Positions 1 to 15,000 are shown, counted from the stretch's first letter. The stretch is 35,304 nt of DNA from an uncultured Planctomycetales bacterium (GCA_964480185.1 CAYZPQ010000001.1:8240-43543); one strand, 5' to 3'. The notes: generated from the letters alone by a model not told the origin. A program made the numbers and translations.

Positions 1-3000
1 TCGTCTTCATGCCGTTGAAGTAAGTGGGAATAATGTGAAGGCTATAAACGCCAAAAGGGCTCGTGCACAACGAGCCGCGTTCCGGTCTTACCCGGGACGC
101 TTTTGTAAATCTTTGTAACATTGCATGGGAAACACGCATTCCTAAAGCTTTATGAAAATCTTTGTAGCTATTGATTAAGTCCACCGTCTTGGTTTCAAAA
201 TCTGCAAAAAGCCCATCTAAATCTTGATCAATATCTGCATCTTGTTTTTCAAAAGCACGATAAATCTTTTGAAAAGAACGATGCCACGCTTCATACGCAA
301 AAATAATTGATGAAAAAAATAATGACGTGTCTTCTTCTATTTCTTTAACATGCTCGACTATATGATCTTTCATGGCATTAATCCAATGCTCCATCTCGCG
401 TGCGAATATAAAAAATAGAATGAAGTCTTTGAATATGATGGCTTTATACATTCTCTGATGTTGATTCTTTAGAGAGGTGAATACTTTCTTTAATTCGATG
501 AATCTATGGTTGATAGGATCAAAATTTGTGAACATCTGTACTGAATCTTTTCTAAGTTCAACCAATAAAGCCTGCAAAGATTGCAGCGATTGCTCTATAG
601 TGGTGAGTAGTCCCTCTTCTTGATAATGCTTATTATCATTATAAAAATCTCGCCATTGAGTAAAACCTTTATCTAGTTCACTTATATCTAGCGTCATTCG
701 AGCAATGCCTTCAGCTAAGATCAATTGTCTATTAACATGTTCTAATTGTTTATTGAGATTTTGAGACACATCATTTAATTGAACATTACCTTTAAGTAAT
801 TGATCTAACGTTAATTTAGCTAAAACAGCATCAATTACGCTAATTCCTGTTCTTAGGCCTTGTGTAACTTCTGGCATATCATGCAATGCTTCTATCTTTG
901 GTTCAATTGTACTTTTCCAAGATGCTGTACTTGTTCTTAACTCTTGAATATCTTGCGCGTGCTCAACGATGACCTGAACTTCAGCATGTATGACAACTGA
1001 CCGTTTACGGACAGAATTAATAAATCTATGCGTTGCTTGATTATTCTTTACAGCTGTTTCAATACCTTTATGCAAACGTGCCAATATTTTTCTTTTATCA
1101 TTAACTATACCTGATTCCTCATTGATCTTTGCCAATGCTGCTTTTGAATCTTTGAGATCTTTAACTAATGTTTTAATAGCTGCAGCTAAATTATCGTCGA
1201 GCAAGCAATCTTGCACATAAACCTCAACAGCTTCATTGACAAGACTTTCAACTTTCTCTAATGAGAGATATTCAGGATCTTGATCGTCTTCGGCAATAAC
1301 CACTAAACGCTGTTGTAATGCATTCAATCGGGATAATGCGATTTCCATATAATCAAAACCTAATTCATCCACTATCTGTTGCACGGGCATAATAATAGTA
1401 CGTTCTAATTCTTCAGCCCTTGCTTTAATTTGATCTCCTGATCTTATTCTAAATGTTTCCCAGCGCTCATCTAAGGTTTGCATGGCATCTCGATAGCCCT
1501 TAAATGTGTCATTACCCGCACGCAACACAGATACACGTGCTAATAATGCATTAGCATCCCCTTCTCTTCTTACAACTTGGCCTATCTTAGAGCTTGCTTC
1601 ATTGACATATAATGCCTCGATCCTGCCCCCTAAACTTTTGACTTCTCTCAATAATTTACTGTGTGGCGGTTCCCATTCACTAATGCATTTGACAATAGCT
1701 TTCGCTGTCTTGGCTGCCTCTTCATCTCTTTGCTCAAAGTCACGTACTTCACCTCGATTATATCGACGTGTGGTGATTTCATTCACAGGTATGTTACACT
1801 GCTCTTCCTTAGCTTCAGCTCTTTCTGATTCTCCACTTAACCCTTTAAATCCTTGTGGCCAATACTCATTAAGACGACTATCGGATAATTGACTTTGTAT
1901 CCACTCTGTTCTATCGGCATGGTCCGTTAAATCTTCATCAAATAACACTCCTTCTAAATCTTCGATAAAAGCCATAAAGTCATCTAAAGTAATTGGCGCT
2001 CCATCTGCGACGGACATCACGCTATTTAGAATAATTAATAATGCATAATCATTAATACTTAACGTTAGCGTCTCTCTTTGACTCTCAAAAACTGCTTTGA
2101 TAACAGGGGCCACTGGTCTTTTTTCTATAGGTTCTTCTGCAGGTGCTTGTGGATTATTTGTTACAATTTGGAGCCTTTTAAATCCATCATGCACAACATC
2201 AGTATTGATGATCAACGTTTCAACCGTGTTATATATTTCTTCATCTATCTTTCTCTTGCTGCCTTTTAGAACAGCTTGAGCAGCTCTGTCCGAAGATAAA
2301 AACTTCTTTGTTTCTTCAATAAATAATCGTCTAAACAATTGCTTTAGCTTAGGCATGGTATCTACTACATCTGGCAATTCTTTGTATTGAGCAAAGACTT
2401 CATCTCGATGTTCTGCAAATTCTCCTTCGCCATTTGCCCACTCTAAATGCACACGCCATTCCGATGGAATAATGCCATTACTTGTGCGAAGCGTTTGAGC
2501 CCAGCGTGATAATAATTGTAATGCGCTTAATCGTTGCGCTACTTTATTAGGGCTCGATGTTTCCCAGGCCGTTAGTAAATCATCTAATGTGGCCCGCACC
2601 TCTTGGACATGCCCTAAGACTTCATCATCGGCCGCAACAGGATTTCCTTGAACAAAGGTGGTCCAAATGGTGTATAAGAATTTAATCCCTTGGCGGACAA
2701 TATTAAGTTCATCCTCGGTATTCTGAAGGCTATTCTCATATTCTTGCCACGCCGTTGTCAGAGCTGTTGGATGTGCTGCCCCATTCGTTGGTTTCTTCAA
2801 TTCTTCAGGAATAACAACAGGTATTAGGTGATCCTCAACACGATGTTGATAAAATTCAATCAATCGACGGATACGTGTATGACTCTTCGACATACTTTCA
2901 TGACGTGACGATAATAATCGTGTATCGATGATCACAGCCATGTGATCGCGCGCGCGTGATAAGGCAACGGTAAGCATTTCTGGCTCATCTTCCATGAAGC

Positions 3001-6000
3001 CTAAATCTCCAGCAGCATTACTATGAACCGTATCAACAATAATCGCTTTACGTTCTCCGCCTTGAAAACTTTGTGGCGTTGTAACGAGAATATCATCAGC
3101 TGCTGCACCAAACTCTTGCGCTAATAATGTTTGAAGGAGTTCAATTTGACCTGTATAGAATGTGACAACGGCGATATCTTGAAGTCTGATCCCTTGTGCG
3201 TGCCATTGCTTCATAATAGCGATAGTTTGTGCGGCGCTTACAGGATTAGACCAGGACGATGATCCATCTTGATGTGTTGCAAAATACGCTCCTGAGGCAT
3301 TAATGCTCATGTCATATAATGCCAAGGGCGCTACAGGACTATCAATGGACTCTCGATGAGCTCTGACTTGACCAGCGTAGGATAATTCACTGACTAAATC
3401 AGCAAGCAGAGGAACAGCGCGATAATTTTTTGTCAACATCACCCGTTCACCAAGACCAGAAGCGATCATCAATCTAAAGGTACTGATCATTTCTAAATCA
3501 ATGTCTTCTCTCGATACATTTTCACGACGTAAATAATCAAGATGTTTTCTATTTCTAAATGGTCCCATTTGTTCTAAATCGCCGATGAGGATCAACTTGC
3601 CATTGGCTTTGAGATTTCTTAATAAGGTCAATGCGCCCGGAATCGTTTCGCGACTTGCTTCATCCATAATAATGACATCGACTGATGAGAATATCGGCAA
3701 TTGTTGAGATGCCCAATCTAATGATAACCCTGCATTGGTGACAAAAAATACTGCCCCACGACCTGGAGTACGACGACGGGTAAATATAGCTAAGGCTTCG
3801 TGATTAATTCCTTCTTCTCTATTGCCTAACCAATATTTCTCATACCCATCACCCTTAGGCTTATTACCTAAACGCAACACGGGAATATCTTCACGATCCA
3901 TCAACCTAAATAACACCGTATTCACCGCCTGATGCATTTGAGCACTGACAATAATATCTTTACCCTGCGCAACCAATTGAGCCACAGCTTCCGCTAACAT
4001 TTCTGTTTTACCTGAAGCTGCAGGACCTTCGACGACTAAGAGAGGTTTACCATTAATTGATTTTTCGACCGCAAATAATTGTGAAGAATCATCATTCACT
4101 TTATTTAATAAAGGAACAAGCGGCGTATAAGCACCTTCTCTAACTTCTTCAACTTGATTAAAAAGTCGATCCACAAAAGTTTTTGCGCCTTCGTGAAGAT
4201 CCCGTCCCCATTGACTTAATGCCACCAGGTTAACACGTACAGTTGTGTCGTCGGTAAAACGATCGTTTAATTTAACATGGGTGGCTAATAACCTATCCAC
4301 CATAGACTTAAATTCAGGAAGACCAAACGTCATTCTGCCTGCATGCGACAAGCTGTTTGGCATGGCAATGCCTAATAACGAGGGGATTACGTCTTTCAAC
4401 CCCTTCTTATCAATAGTCATGGGCCTCTTAAATGCATGAGCCCTATTAAATTCCAAATGGATGCGGATAGCATCATTATGGGCTTGTTGTTCTGATTTTC
4501 CTTGTCTGATGCCATCAAGAACCGCATCGCGCATCGCTGTAATAAGGTTGATTAATAATTCTATTTCCTCTGGAGTAATTAGGCGGCGTTTGACTGTTCT
4601 TGTTTCAATATCAATTTCTATGACATATCTATGCCAATCTATAAATACCTGCACCCAATCATGGAGAGGTATGAATCTTAATCGTTGTTGTTCTTCAAGA
4701 GCCTTAGACAAGAGCGTTCTCCCCACTGCCATTCTTAATTGGGAAGGGTCAGGATTTTCTTTAAATATATCGCTAAACAGACGCTCGTTTAGAAGACCAT
4801 TATCTTCGTCATTACAAAAGCCTAAGAATGTAGGTTTTTTACCGACACTTGAATTTCTATCTGTAGTTGATTGACGAAGAATCCCCCGCTTAGATAAAAA
4901 TAGCATCGTGGCAGACAGAATTTTTTGCCAATATGTCATGACAATAGCAATACCCACAAATACGATTGATGTTAGTAAAAGTATCAATGAAATCCACGGG
5001 TACTCATACCACATCTCCGGCGTAGTAATAACGAAAGGTGTTATTACTGATGAAAAGATGAGTAAGAAATCCCTTATCTTGTCTTTCGTAAACGCATCGT
5101 TACGAAAATAGGACAATGCTTTCTTAACCTTGTTGAGTGGAATCAAGGAAAACGATCCTAATGCGAGAGCTGAGGGTAATGGGGATGCTACGGGTTCTAC
5201 TGTTACTTGATGTTGTAAGAAATAAACACTACTCAACAATGCGACAAACGCAGCAACTACAGGAAGTGATTTGGAAATAAATTTAAATAACTTAGGCGGT
5301 GATCTTTCTTTTTGATGTTTAGTGATGGCGAGTTCAATCGCAATTAAATCCCACCACATTCCTGCCCTTGGGGATAAAGCTTTTCTACTTTTGTTAAGGT
5401 CATGGGCATTAGCTGCGAATTTAATCAAATGATCATGCAATTGATTTAAATCATATAAGAAATCTGTGCGGACAGAATTATCCTGTGGATGTTCCCAGTC
5501 AGTGGTCTCTACTCTCCATTCTACCAATAACGAATTAACATAGTGAAGTCTTAACTGAGGCAGGCTTGATTGACTTTCACACATATCAGGATGAGCCATC
5601 CAATCCAAAAATAATGGGGTTGATAATAGCACAGTCACGACATTACGCTGACGATTTTTAGCCCATTTATCATTGGCTAATAATGCTTTACCATGGGTTG
5701 ATGCTCTAAATGTGGCAAACCATTCCTGTAGCGCGAAAAGAAATCCTTCTTCCGTCTTAAAGCGCGCTTCGTCGATACCACCTGGGTGTTGTGTTAAATG
5801 AGCATAATATGAATCACCATACTCACGCATATTTTTGGCTTGCTCTTGAATATCTGAATCATCTTTTTGATCATTATCATCCATTTGATCATGTAAGAAT
5901 GCTGCTGTGGCTTTGGTTCTTTGGAAAGGTGTGAGCATATATAATGAATCGAGATCTACATAATCTCCTCTCGCTCTGCCCCCTTTATAAAGATCATTCG

Positions 6001-9000
6001 TCCCTTTAAGTGAAATAATTTCCAATAATTTAAGACGATAAAGTTCGACATCGCCTCGTTCACGGTAAATTCCAGCTAATGTCAACCACTCATTGAGTGG
6101 TAAAACCCCACCCTTCATTCCAGCATGGGGCATACCTGCTAAAGCCTTGTCAAAATATTCACCGGCGCGTGCAAAATATTGTTCACTCTCAAAAAGTTGA
6201 CCTGCAAATTGATGTTCTTGTCCTTTGAGCTGACACACAGACCCTAACACAAATGCGGTGCGCACATAATCAGTCCATTGATCTTGTATCCTATTTTCAA
6301 TAGATTCGCCTTTCACTTGAATAGGATTGTCGATGCCTAATTTAATGTTTTCTAATTCTGTTGCTAACTCATCCTGCAATCTTCCCCACTGTACTGTAAA
6401 ACGCCCATGCCTTAATGCCCACAGCAATACATCTCGTACACGAGGATCATCTTCAATTTTAAGTCGATCAATAATCGTTCTGATGGCATCTTGATGCCCA
6501 TGTAATGCCAAGGCCATGGCGGCCTGAATACGGCCTTGATAATATTGATCACCACTGTTCCTTGTACTTCCTAACAATGTGGCCAAAATATCATTGGCTT
6601 TCTTTTTCTGTTCTGCCGTCGGATGTTGAGCTTCACCTAATAATTGCGCTGCTGCTAAGCGTGACGTACGTTGTTGATCGCTTAAATCAGTAATAATTTC
6701 TTCAAAATAGGCAACTTCCTCATCCGTAATCCATTTTCCCGATGCTTCTAAAAGCGCTGCTTTACTTAACGCTAAATCGTACTCATATCCTTTATTAATG
6801 AGTTCGATAAAGAAATTATACGTCCTGAGTTCTTCGTCGGTGAATTGAGCTAAATATTTGGGTGTCGATAATCGAACAATCTCGCTCTGTCTAAATTGAG
6901 GGTCGCAACAGGCAATGGCATTAAACATATTTGTTTTCTGGTACATGCGCTGATGAAGATCGGTGAGCTTAAGTGCAAAATTAATATTCGCTTCATCGAC
7001 TTCGCTAAGCCAAACAATAGGATCGATACGGCCTGTTGTTGGATCGGTAGAACGTCTTAAATGCAAATAAATATTCTTCGCAACAAATCCTTTAATGCGA
7101 CCAATCAATGCTTGAATCGAATAACGGTCCATCGGATGACCACCGGGACTTTGTGATTCATACAATACGGCTGTCGCATCACTTTCACCGGGATTTGCTG
7201 TTGAATAACGCGTATATAATCGTCCCTGCTGGGCCAGGAACATTTTTGTCGATTCACGGGCAACTAAAGGACGTTTTTCAATAATAATCCCAGCCTGGGT
7301 CAAATTACCCTGTGCATCTCTGGAAGCATTCACTAAAACCTCTGCCATGCGTTGATTGAAAAAGTTCACAGGGCCGGTTAAATACAACACATCGCATTGG
7401 GCGATTTTAGGACTTGGGTTTTGAGGATCAAAGTCTTCATACTCTATTTCTGGATGACGATCTTTAATATCTTCTAAAACTTCTAAAGCAAATGATGAAT
7501 CACGACGACGAATATTGTCATTAATACGCTGGATAAAAATAGGGGCAATTCCTTTAGGATCTTTCGATGTGACAATAACCCATTTTTGGTCTAAATGTCC
7601 CCATTTTCTTAAGACTAACATGCTAACGACTGAGCTTGCGTTTTCATCATTGTTCATGGCATTGATTAAATGCAAGAAATTATCATCATATCCACCGTGA
7701 ATACCGATACGTAAACCTATCGGTTCATTATTTTTTGGATTAGATCTCACAGCAGATAAGAATTGTTCTTTAGTATCAGGAGTGCGCGAATAAACCCGTG
7801 CTGCTGTCCAGGCACTTAAACCATTAAATTCAGAACCTACAGCAATTGCGGTTACAGGAGTAAACGGTTTTCCTCTTGCCGTTTGTTGACGCGCAACCTT
7901 CTGTGCTTTTGCCTGCATGCGGTCAATGTGCTTTTTCTTCACGCGTGACCCGTTGGTGATAACAATATTGGCCTTAATACCAGACAACATCAAACCTTCA
8001 ATAAAGTCTGCTAAAACCAAGCGTTTAATCGCCCCACGCCCGACAATAAGGCGTGCATAACCACGGTTAAATTCAACCGTATCATTACCCGCATCAGCCA
8101 CTTGGCGTGATGCAGGGATCGTCGGTGGTAAATATTCTTTTGATCGATCGGCATATTTCTTATCTTGAGTTTTATTGAAAACAAATAATCCAGCGCCAGC
8201 GATAATCATCGCTAATCCCGTAAAAAATATCCATTCTGGCCAATGCGTACTAATTGCTGTTTGTAAATCAAGCGCTGTTCCCGTAAAAAGTAACATCAGT
8301 GCAGAGCGATATAACCAATTCGCCGTCTTATCGCCTAATACATCGAGGGTAATATCAACCAAATTAGCTTGTGCTGTGCCATTACCATAGTAACTAAATA
8401 CCCCATAACATTCTTTGATGGGGAAGGTGCTTTGACGTGGCAAGACAAACACAATTTCCTCGGGGGCATACCCTTTATCATAGCCGGCAGGACGATGTTC
8501 TTCATGTAAGAGTGGGATAAGAGATGACTTGAAACGGATAAATAAAGGTAAAGCTCCAGTTAGGCGCGTAAATGATGTTGTTTGAGGATCAGCAATATAA
8601 TCAGCAGTGCCTGGAACTAAATGCTTCTTTAATTCATTCTCAAACCCGCGAATATTATCTTTATTAAGAATTTGGGCAATGCCAGTTAAGGCATCATTTA
8701 ATGACTTGATGTGGGTCTTCGGTGAATTACTGTTGTTGCGTATTAAGTTAAATAGATAAATAATAAATGGGATCATCAAGAGCCCAATTAAACTCATGAT
8801 AAATATGTCTTTAGGCACAATATCCATCGTCGATGAATCATTTCCGTTTGCGGCTGTTTGGGCCATGGCTATGGATGGGAAGATGGCGATTAATCCAATA
8901 ATCCAAGGCATAACATAACGTGCCACTATTCTTTTGAGTTTTTGAGCTATCCCTTGTGTCATAGGAATAAAGGGAATCATCGCTGGTGCAAGATGTGTCG

Positions 9001-12000
9001 CGCGAAGAATTTTCTCTGCAAATCTCTTAAAAGCGTCAGGAAACTGAACTAAAATATCAGCGAAAGAATCACGCCAAATAAATGCGAATCCAAACAACAG
9101 TGACGATACTGCAACATAGATCCAAGGCATGTCAAATTCATTTTTAATTCCTGTCACATTCTTTGGGATAAATAACGTTAAGAACATTCCCACTAAATAG
9201 GCCGCGCTCAGGGACATAAACGCAATAACAATCTTTTCTACTGTCGCCATTGTAATGTGTGGGAAGGTAATCATGGCAAAGGAAGACAATTGAGTCATGG
9301 TGTTAGGGTGTAGTGCGACGAATGAATTGTCTGCCATCGCTGGGGCAATAGCAATTATTAATAAAGATGTGACTATCAACGCGGATTTTAAAGAATTTCT
9401 TTTGGTAGCTTTAACTGGTTGTTGTTCTATCGTGATAGGCATTTGTGGAGAATATGCAGCACGATTGTTTCTATCTAAACCACGTTCTTTCAACTCCTGT
9501 TCCCAATTCGTCCAAGAGAATTCTTTCGCCAATGAGTCTCTGATCGTAGGATATTTTCTAAATTTTCTTTGAATGAATTGTCCCAGCCATTCCTGCCAGT
9601 CATCTGCATAGCCACCATCTTCGAAAATATTAGCCTCCGATATATCTCTTAAATGGCTAATATCAAATCCTTTTAATTCATTGCCTTCAAATCTCAAGTT
9701 GCAGAGATTATTATCTGAAACATCTATATCAAAGACTCCTCTTTCTAAAACACGGGCCTTGAAATTAATCATCGTTCTAATTATCTCTGCAATAACAGAA
9801 TATCTTGGTCTTTCACGTTGGAGTTCTTTATTTAATTTGTCCTCTAGAGACTCTCCTTTAACCATATGTTGAATAAAATATTGAGGGCTTTCATCTGTCG
9901 CGTTCACGAATTCTGCTTGATCATTAATTTCTAAAGCCTGAATATCTGCGTACACTACCCCTAAACGTGATTGAGCTAATCTATACCCTTGGGTTGAATA
10001 TTGCGTAATCCAATTTCTTTTTGAGGCATCTGAACTATTATTTACATACTTTATAACTATTTTTAAGAGGGGTATCCGAAAAGCAATAAATACCGACCCT
10101 GTCACATCGATTTCATACCCTACCCCTTTAGAGCGTGTGTAGCGTCCAACAGCAACATGAGCTCTATAGGCATGTTGAAGATTATCGAATTCTTCATTAT
10201 CAATAGTGATTTCTTGATAGGCATTAACAACTGCGTCTTTAAGATCTCGTCTGTCAAAATCTCTTTGATCTTCTAATAATATTGTTCCTGATGCTTCTAA
10301 CACACCAAAATATTTGTTTGGAAATGTGCTGGGGTGATCTGATCCTCTTTTTCTTAGAATGAAATAGACGCTGATTAACCCATTCGCTGTATTTGTCATT
10401 AAAATATTAAAAGGCACTCGTTCAAGCTCAAGCAATGTTTCTAGTCGGTATATTTCATCAATTAGACCTTCAAAATATCTGCTTTGAATGACAAATGCTT
10501 TTGTGGGGAAATCTTCAATCAGACTGACACGCACATTATCATATTCTAAAAATTTTTGGTGAGTTGCTGTCTCAATAGGGAGTTCTTGTTTGAATAATTT
10601 ATAAGCTTGATGTTGAACCTTTCCACCTGAGTCTTTGTGATTGTATCCGATACGGTAACCAAATGGTCCAAGCTCATGCAGCATTTGAACCATCGAGGAG
10701 ATCAAATCATAGTCGAGTTGAAGTTGTTGATGTGATTTCCTAGCTATCGTTGCTGTTTCATGAAAATAAGGATAGTCTTCTCGTATGGCAACAAAATCAT
10801 TACCTACATCTAATTTATCTTTATGCTGTAATGATGAACAAAGTGGACAACGTCTCGGGGCCTCTAATAATCGTAAACCACTTTGACGTTTTGCTCGATG
10901 TGTATTGAGAACCACGGAAACGGGATATCCTTCAATGCTTTTCTGCTGAAGCTGTCTTTCATCCATTGAGCCAATTAATTTACTAAATGCCGGATTAATG
11001 GACACAACCCCATCCGTCACTGTTGTAACAAATCGATGTGTTAAAATTCCTTTATTTCGTCTTTGACCTTCACGAATCTTACGACTTCCTCTTACTGCGC
11101 CTAATGCAGCAACTGGTGTTACTGCTAACCATAACATGGGCTTAGGAAGAACTTGCGTAATGAGGCGTTGTGTCTTGGTGTTTCCAATCGCTTCTGCGTC
11201 AGCCTCACGCTGAGAGAAAATATTTGGTTGGATAAATTCAATTGGGTCTGTGCTAGATTGACTGTCGACGTACACATCATCTTCTTCACCGTTGATAATA
11301 GTCATGAGAGCGCCTGATATATCTAGTACTGGCTCTTGGGGCATAGGCATCACATCGCTAGACTCATTGACTACGTATTGCCGCGACAAATTAACGAGAT
11401 GATCGAAACGTTCTAAATGGGCATCGATTTGAGGAGCGAGCGTTTGAGCCATGCGCAGGAAGAAATCGTTCTTAGCTTGATTATCTTGCCTATCCTGTTG
11501 ATCAAATGATACGCGCATCTTTTCAGCTAACAGCAATCGCTGCTGTAATCTAGGTTCAATACCTTCCGCTCTTTCTGATTTTAAATAAAGATCTTGTTGG
11601 TATTCCATAAAGGCTAGGACGACTTCTGTCGTATCATTTCCTTGCCCCTTACGGACAAAATCATAGATCTCCTCGACGCTATAACCTATCGCTAAAGCCA
11701 AGCGCTTGGTAGGATCATTCTTTAATCGGGTGTACCACTCATAGATTGTGCTAGATAAATACCCTCTCTCTTCATGGGCTTGTTTAGCGCGTGTGATGTT
11801 GTAAATACCTTGAGCATCAGCCCACGCAATAAACTCCATTTGTTTTAAGAATTCATAGCTATTCATCGCTATGTCATAGGCAAATAATTCTGTGATCGTT
11901 GCGGCATGGTTTGCCCAGAACTCCTGACGAGCGGGAGATCCTCTAGGGAGATATTGCACTTTGCTGTACGCTGTTAAGAAAATTCTTTTTTGTTCTAAGT

Positions 12001-15000
12001 TGGTTTTTAAGACGGGATCTTGATGCTCTCCAAGGCTTAAGCTCCACGCGCTTGATACCAGCAATGAATCTAAATATTCAACAATAAGGTCATGGTCTCT
12101 TAATCCATTGAATTTAAGATGCAATCTCAATGGATCGACTAAAATAGTAACTTTATTAATGCCTCCTACGGGTTGGACCATCGTGGCCAAACCAGCATCT
12201 AACGTCGCTTCTTGAGTCCCACCATCACTATTAAGACGTTCTTTGTACTTGCCTATGATGTGTTGATGAGGATATTGATAGTTCGTTATTACATTTAACC
12301 GTTGTGTCAACGCGGCTTTTGCCCCCGTCGATGTTGGTTTAATAATCAGAGGATCGGTATTGCGAGGTTGAACGTGTTGCACAATGGGCGTAACGGATAT
12401 TTCTTCACGTTGATGAGCCGGACGAGGCCTGTTTAAAACTATAGTTACCATCAGGATGAGACCCGCTATGATCAACCCGCTTAAAGTGTTTATATAGCGA
12501 CGATATTTAAATTCTGGGGCCGTTAGTCTAATCCACGACAACACGATTAAAACAATAACCGGCAATAAGACGCCCGCCGCACCTAATAAACTTAATGAGA
12601 GCGCGGGAATCACGGCTAACAATAGACCGCGGGTATTAAAGTTAAATGCCTGCGCAGTGGGCTTTGATTTAAGATGATTTACAGAATTAATTGTTGGAGC
12701 TATACTATTTCTTAACGAGCTTTCCCCAGGCTTATTTTCTGTAGTCGCAATTCCCCCTGCAGGTTGTCCTGATAAATTTCTTGGGAGGGAGTTTGTGTTA
12801 ACCAAATTTCGATTGGATTCGTACAAATTAGATGTGTTAGGTAAATTCGGGCTCGACTGTGCTAAAGTAATATTTGTAACATTGGTTATTGGACCATTGG
12901 CTGGATCTGTTCTTAACTGGCCGTTATTTGTTTTTGGATCATTTTTATTTTCATTGATCTTATTTCTTGGGCTATCAATTGTTAACTCATCAGCAGGGAG
13001 AAAATAATTATGGACGATATTACTTTGTACTATGCTGTTCTTACTCTTTTTATAACCGCTCTTTGTGGTGTCTTGACCTGGATTGTTCACAACAGCCGTA
13101 AACACCCCGACGCCTGAAGTGTTTTGTTTGCTTATGCCTATCCTCTGCGCTATAGACGGACGCCCCCCATTATTGCGGCTTTGAGTCATGCAGCCTGTCA
13201 ATGCAGATACGGCGATAAGAAGTGGTAATAGCCATGAGGCAATAAATAACTTTATTTCTTTAAATCGTGAAGAAACTGTAGCTTTTCTTTGATCTTGGAA
13301 ATACGCATCAATAAGCCCATCCTGATCCTCAGCCGCTGTTAAACGATCTAATAAATCAATATAGGCTTCGAGCTTACCATCAAGGGGTTTGCTTAATCTT
13401 GGTCGATTTATTTTAGCAGTTTTTACTTCTGCCCCTGTTCTTGACCACTCAAACATGGCTTTAAACTCTTGGGTTAAAAACATTCCTCGGCGAGATAGAA
13501 CGGGCTTATGAGCTGTATAGAATTTAGCATTCTCTTTAATAAGCTTTCGTTCTTCATCAAGACGTTGTTGAGCGCTAAGTTTACCTTGATCTGTATGATG
13601 AAGTTCATGTAATAAAATAATCATCATAAGCACGTTTCTTACTAAGCCCCAATCTGAGCCATGACAATTGATATCTAGTAAGGTATTAGCGATATTTTCT
13701 TGAATTAAAATATCAACTCTGAACCCATCAAAATGATCATAACGAGCAGCAGGCACAGGCAGAGCTTCATCGGCAATGACATGAATGCTAATCTTCTTTG
13801 AGAGCAGATTGTGTCGATTAATGCTTACAACAGCTCCTAAGTCCGAATCTAGTCCAATTAATGCCCCAACCAATTGACCAGCTAAATTTATTGCATGCTC
13901 ATTGTTTCTATATGCAGGAGTAGGCATTACACGATTGTAGATATCAAGAAAATTCTTTGGCGTTGTAAAATCCAAATCTAATGAATAACGAATATGATCT
14001 TTGATATATTCATAGTCTGTATCTTCAACATTCCAACCACCAAGTGATGCTAAGCGCACTAATGACTTTCTTTGTTCTTTACGATTTCTTCTAAAACCTA
14101 AAAAGACAAATGGCAGTAAGGCAACTGCAGGCGTCGATGTTGAAACGGGTTCGGTGACTTTACTAAAACGAGGATTAAGATCCCTTGCCCCCCCTTTGCC
14201 AATATTTTTCATGCGTTTAATCGAAGGCTTAAGTTTAGTCGGCTGATTATCTTGTACTGGTGTAATCGGTTGAACTTCCGTCGGTATATCCATGCCCTGC
14301 ACGTGCACCATATCTAATTCTGGATGGGCAATGCCTGATGGAATAGTAGAAACTGCAGCTGGTGCATTCATTTCTGTCGTTACAGGTGGCATGACAACTT
14401 CTGGCGTAATGACCGGCATTGCTGGCGGGGTTGTCTCAATGATAGATGCTGGAAGAACGACTGGCTCAATTGCCTTCGCTTCTGCTGCTACTGGTGTAGA
14501 TGGAACTACGACTTCTTCGCGCACCGGCATATTAACAGGCGAAGGCTCAGTAATATATACAACGGGTTTTGCATCTTCGGGCAATACGCTCGACGTAGCA
14601 ATAGAAACTGGTGTCTGTACCTGGTTTGTATCAGCAACATTTTCCGTTTCCCAAGGTGTTAAGACAATATCCCATACAGGATCTTGCGCAGTTGCTGCTT
14701 GAGGTTCAACGGGTGGAGCGCTAACTTGCACTGTTTGTGCTTCAACGGGTTTGCTTACCTTCGATGCAATAGAATCATGTCCCCTATTTTCCGCTTCTGG
14801 AAGTGCGCTGGTATAAACGCTATAAGAAGAATATTGATCTTGCCCAATAAGCGCATCTAACACTGTCCTTAACCCTACATTAAATGTATTTGTGTCATAC
14901 ACATCACGGTTTTTAATCAACTCTCTTAACTGACGGTGAAGACTTCCTGTTATCGTTGGTATTTTTGATAATGACACAATGCTATTAATATAGTGCTGGG

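Noticed and set aside
8021-8065. A Rossmann-like dinucleotide-binding motif in RGYARLIVGRGAIKR.
   Set aside because: The sequence is GRGAIK, which does not fit GxGxxG/A. No downstream acidic residue pattern was recognised.
9640-10010. A possible protein-kinase-like segment (VFDIDVSDNNLCNL ... LKGFDISHL, resembling HRD-loop and DFG motifs).
   Set aside because: It is too short and the motifs too degenerate. No glycine-rich loop or VAIK-type lysine is recognisable, so I did not call it as a feature.
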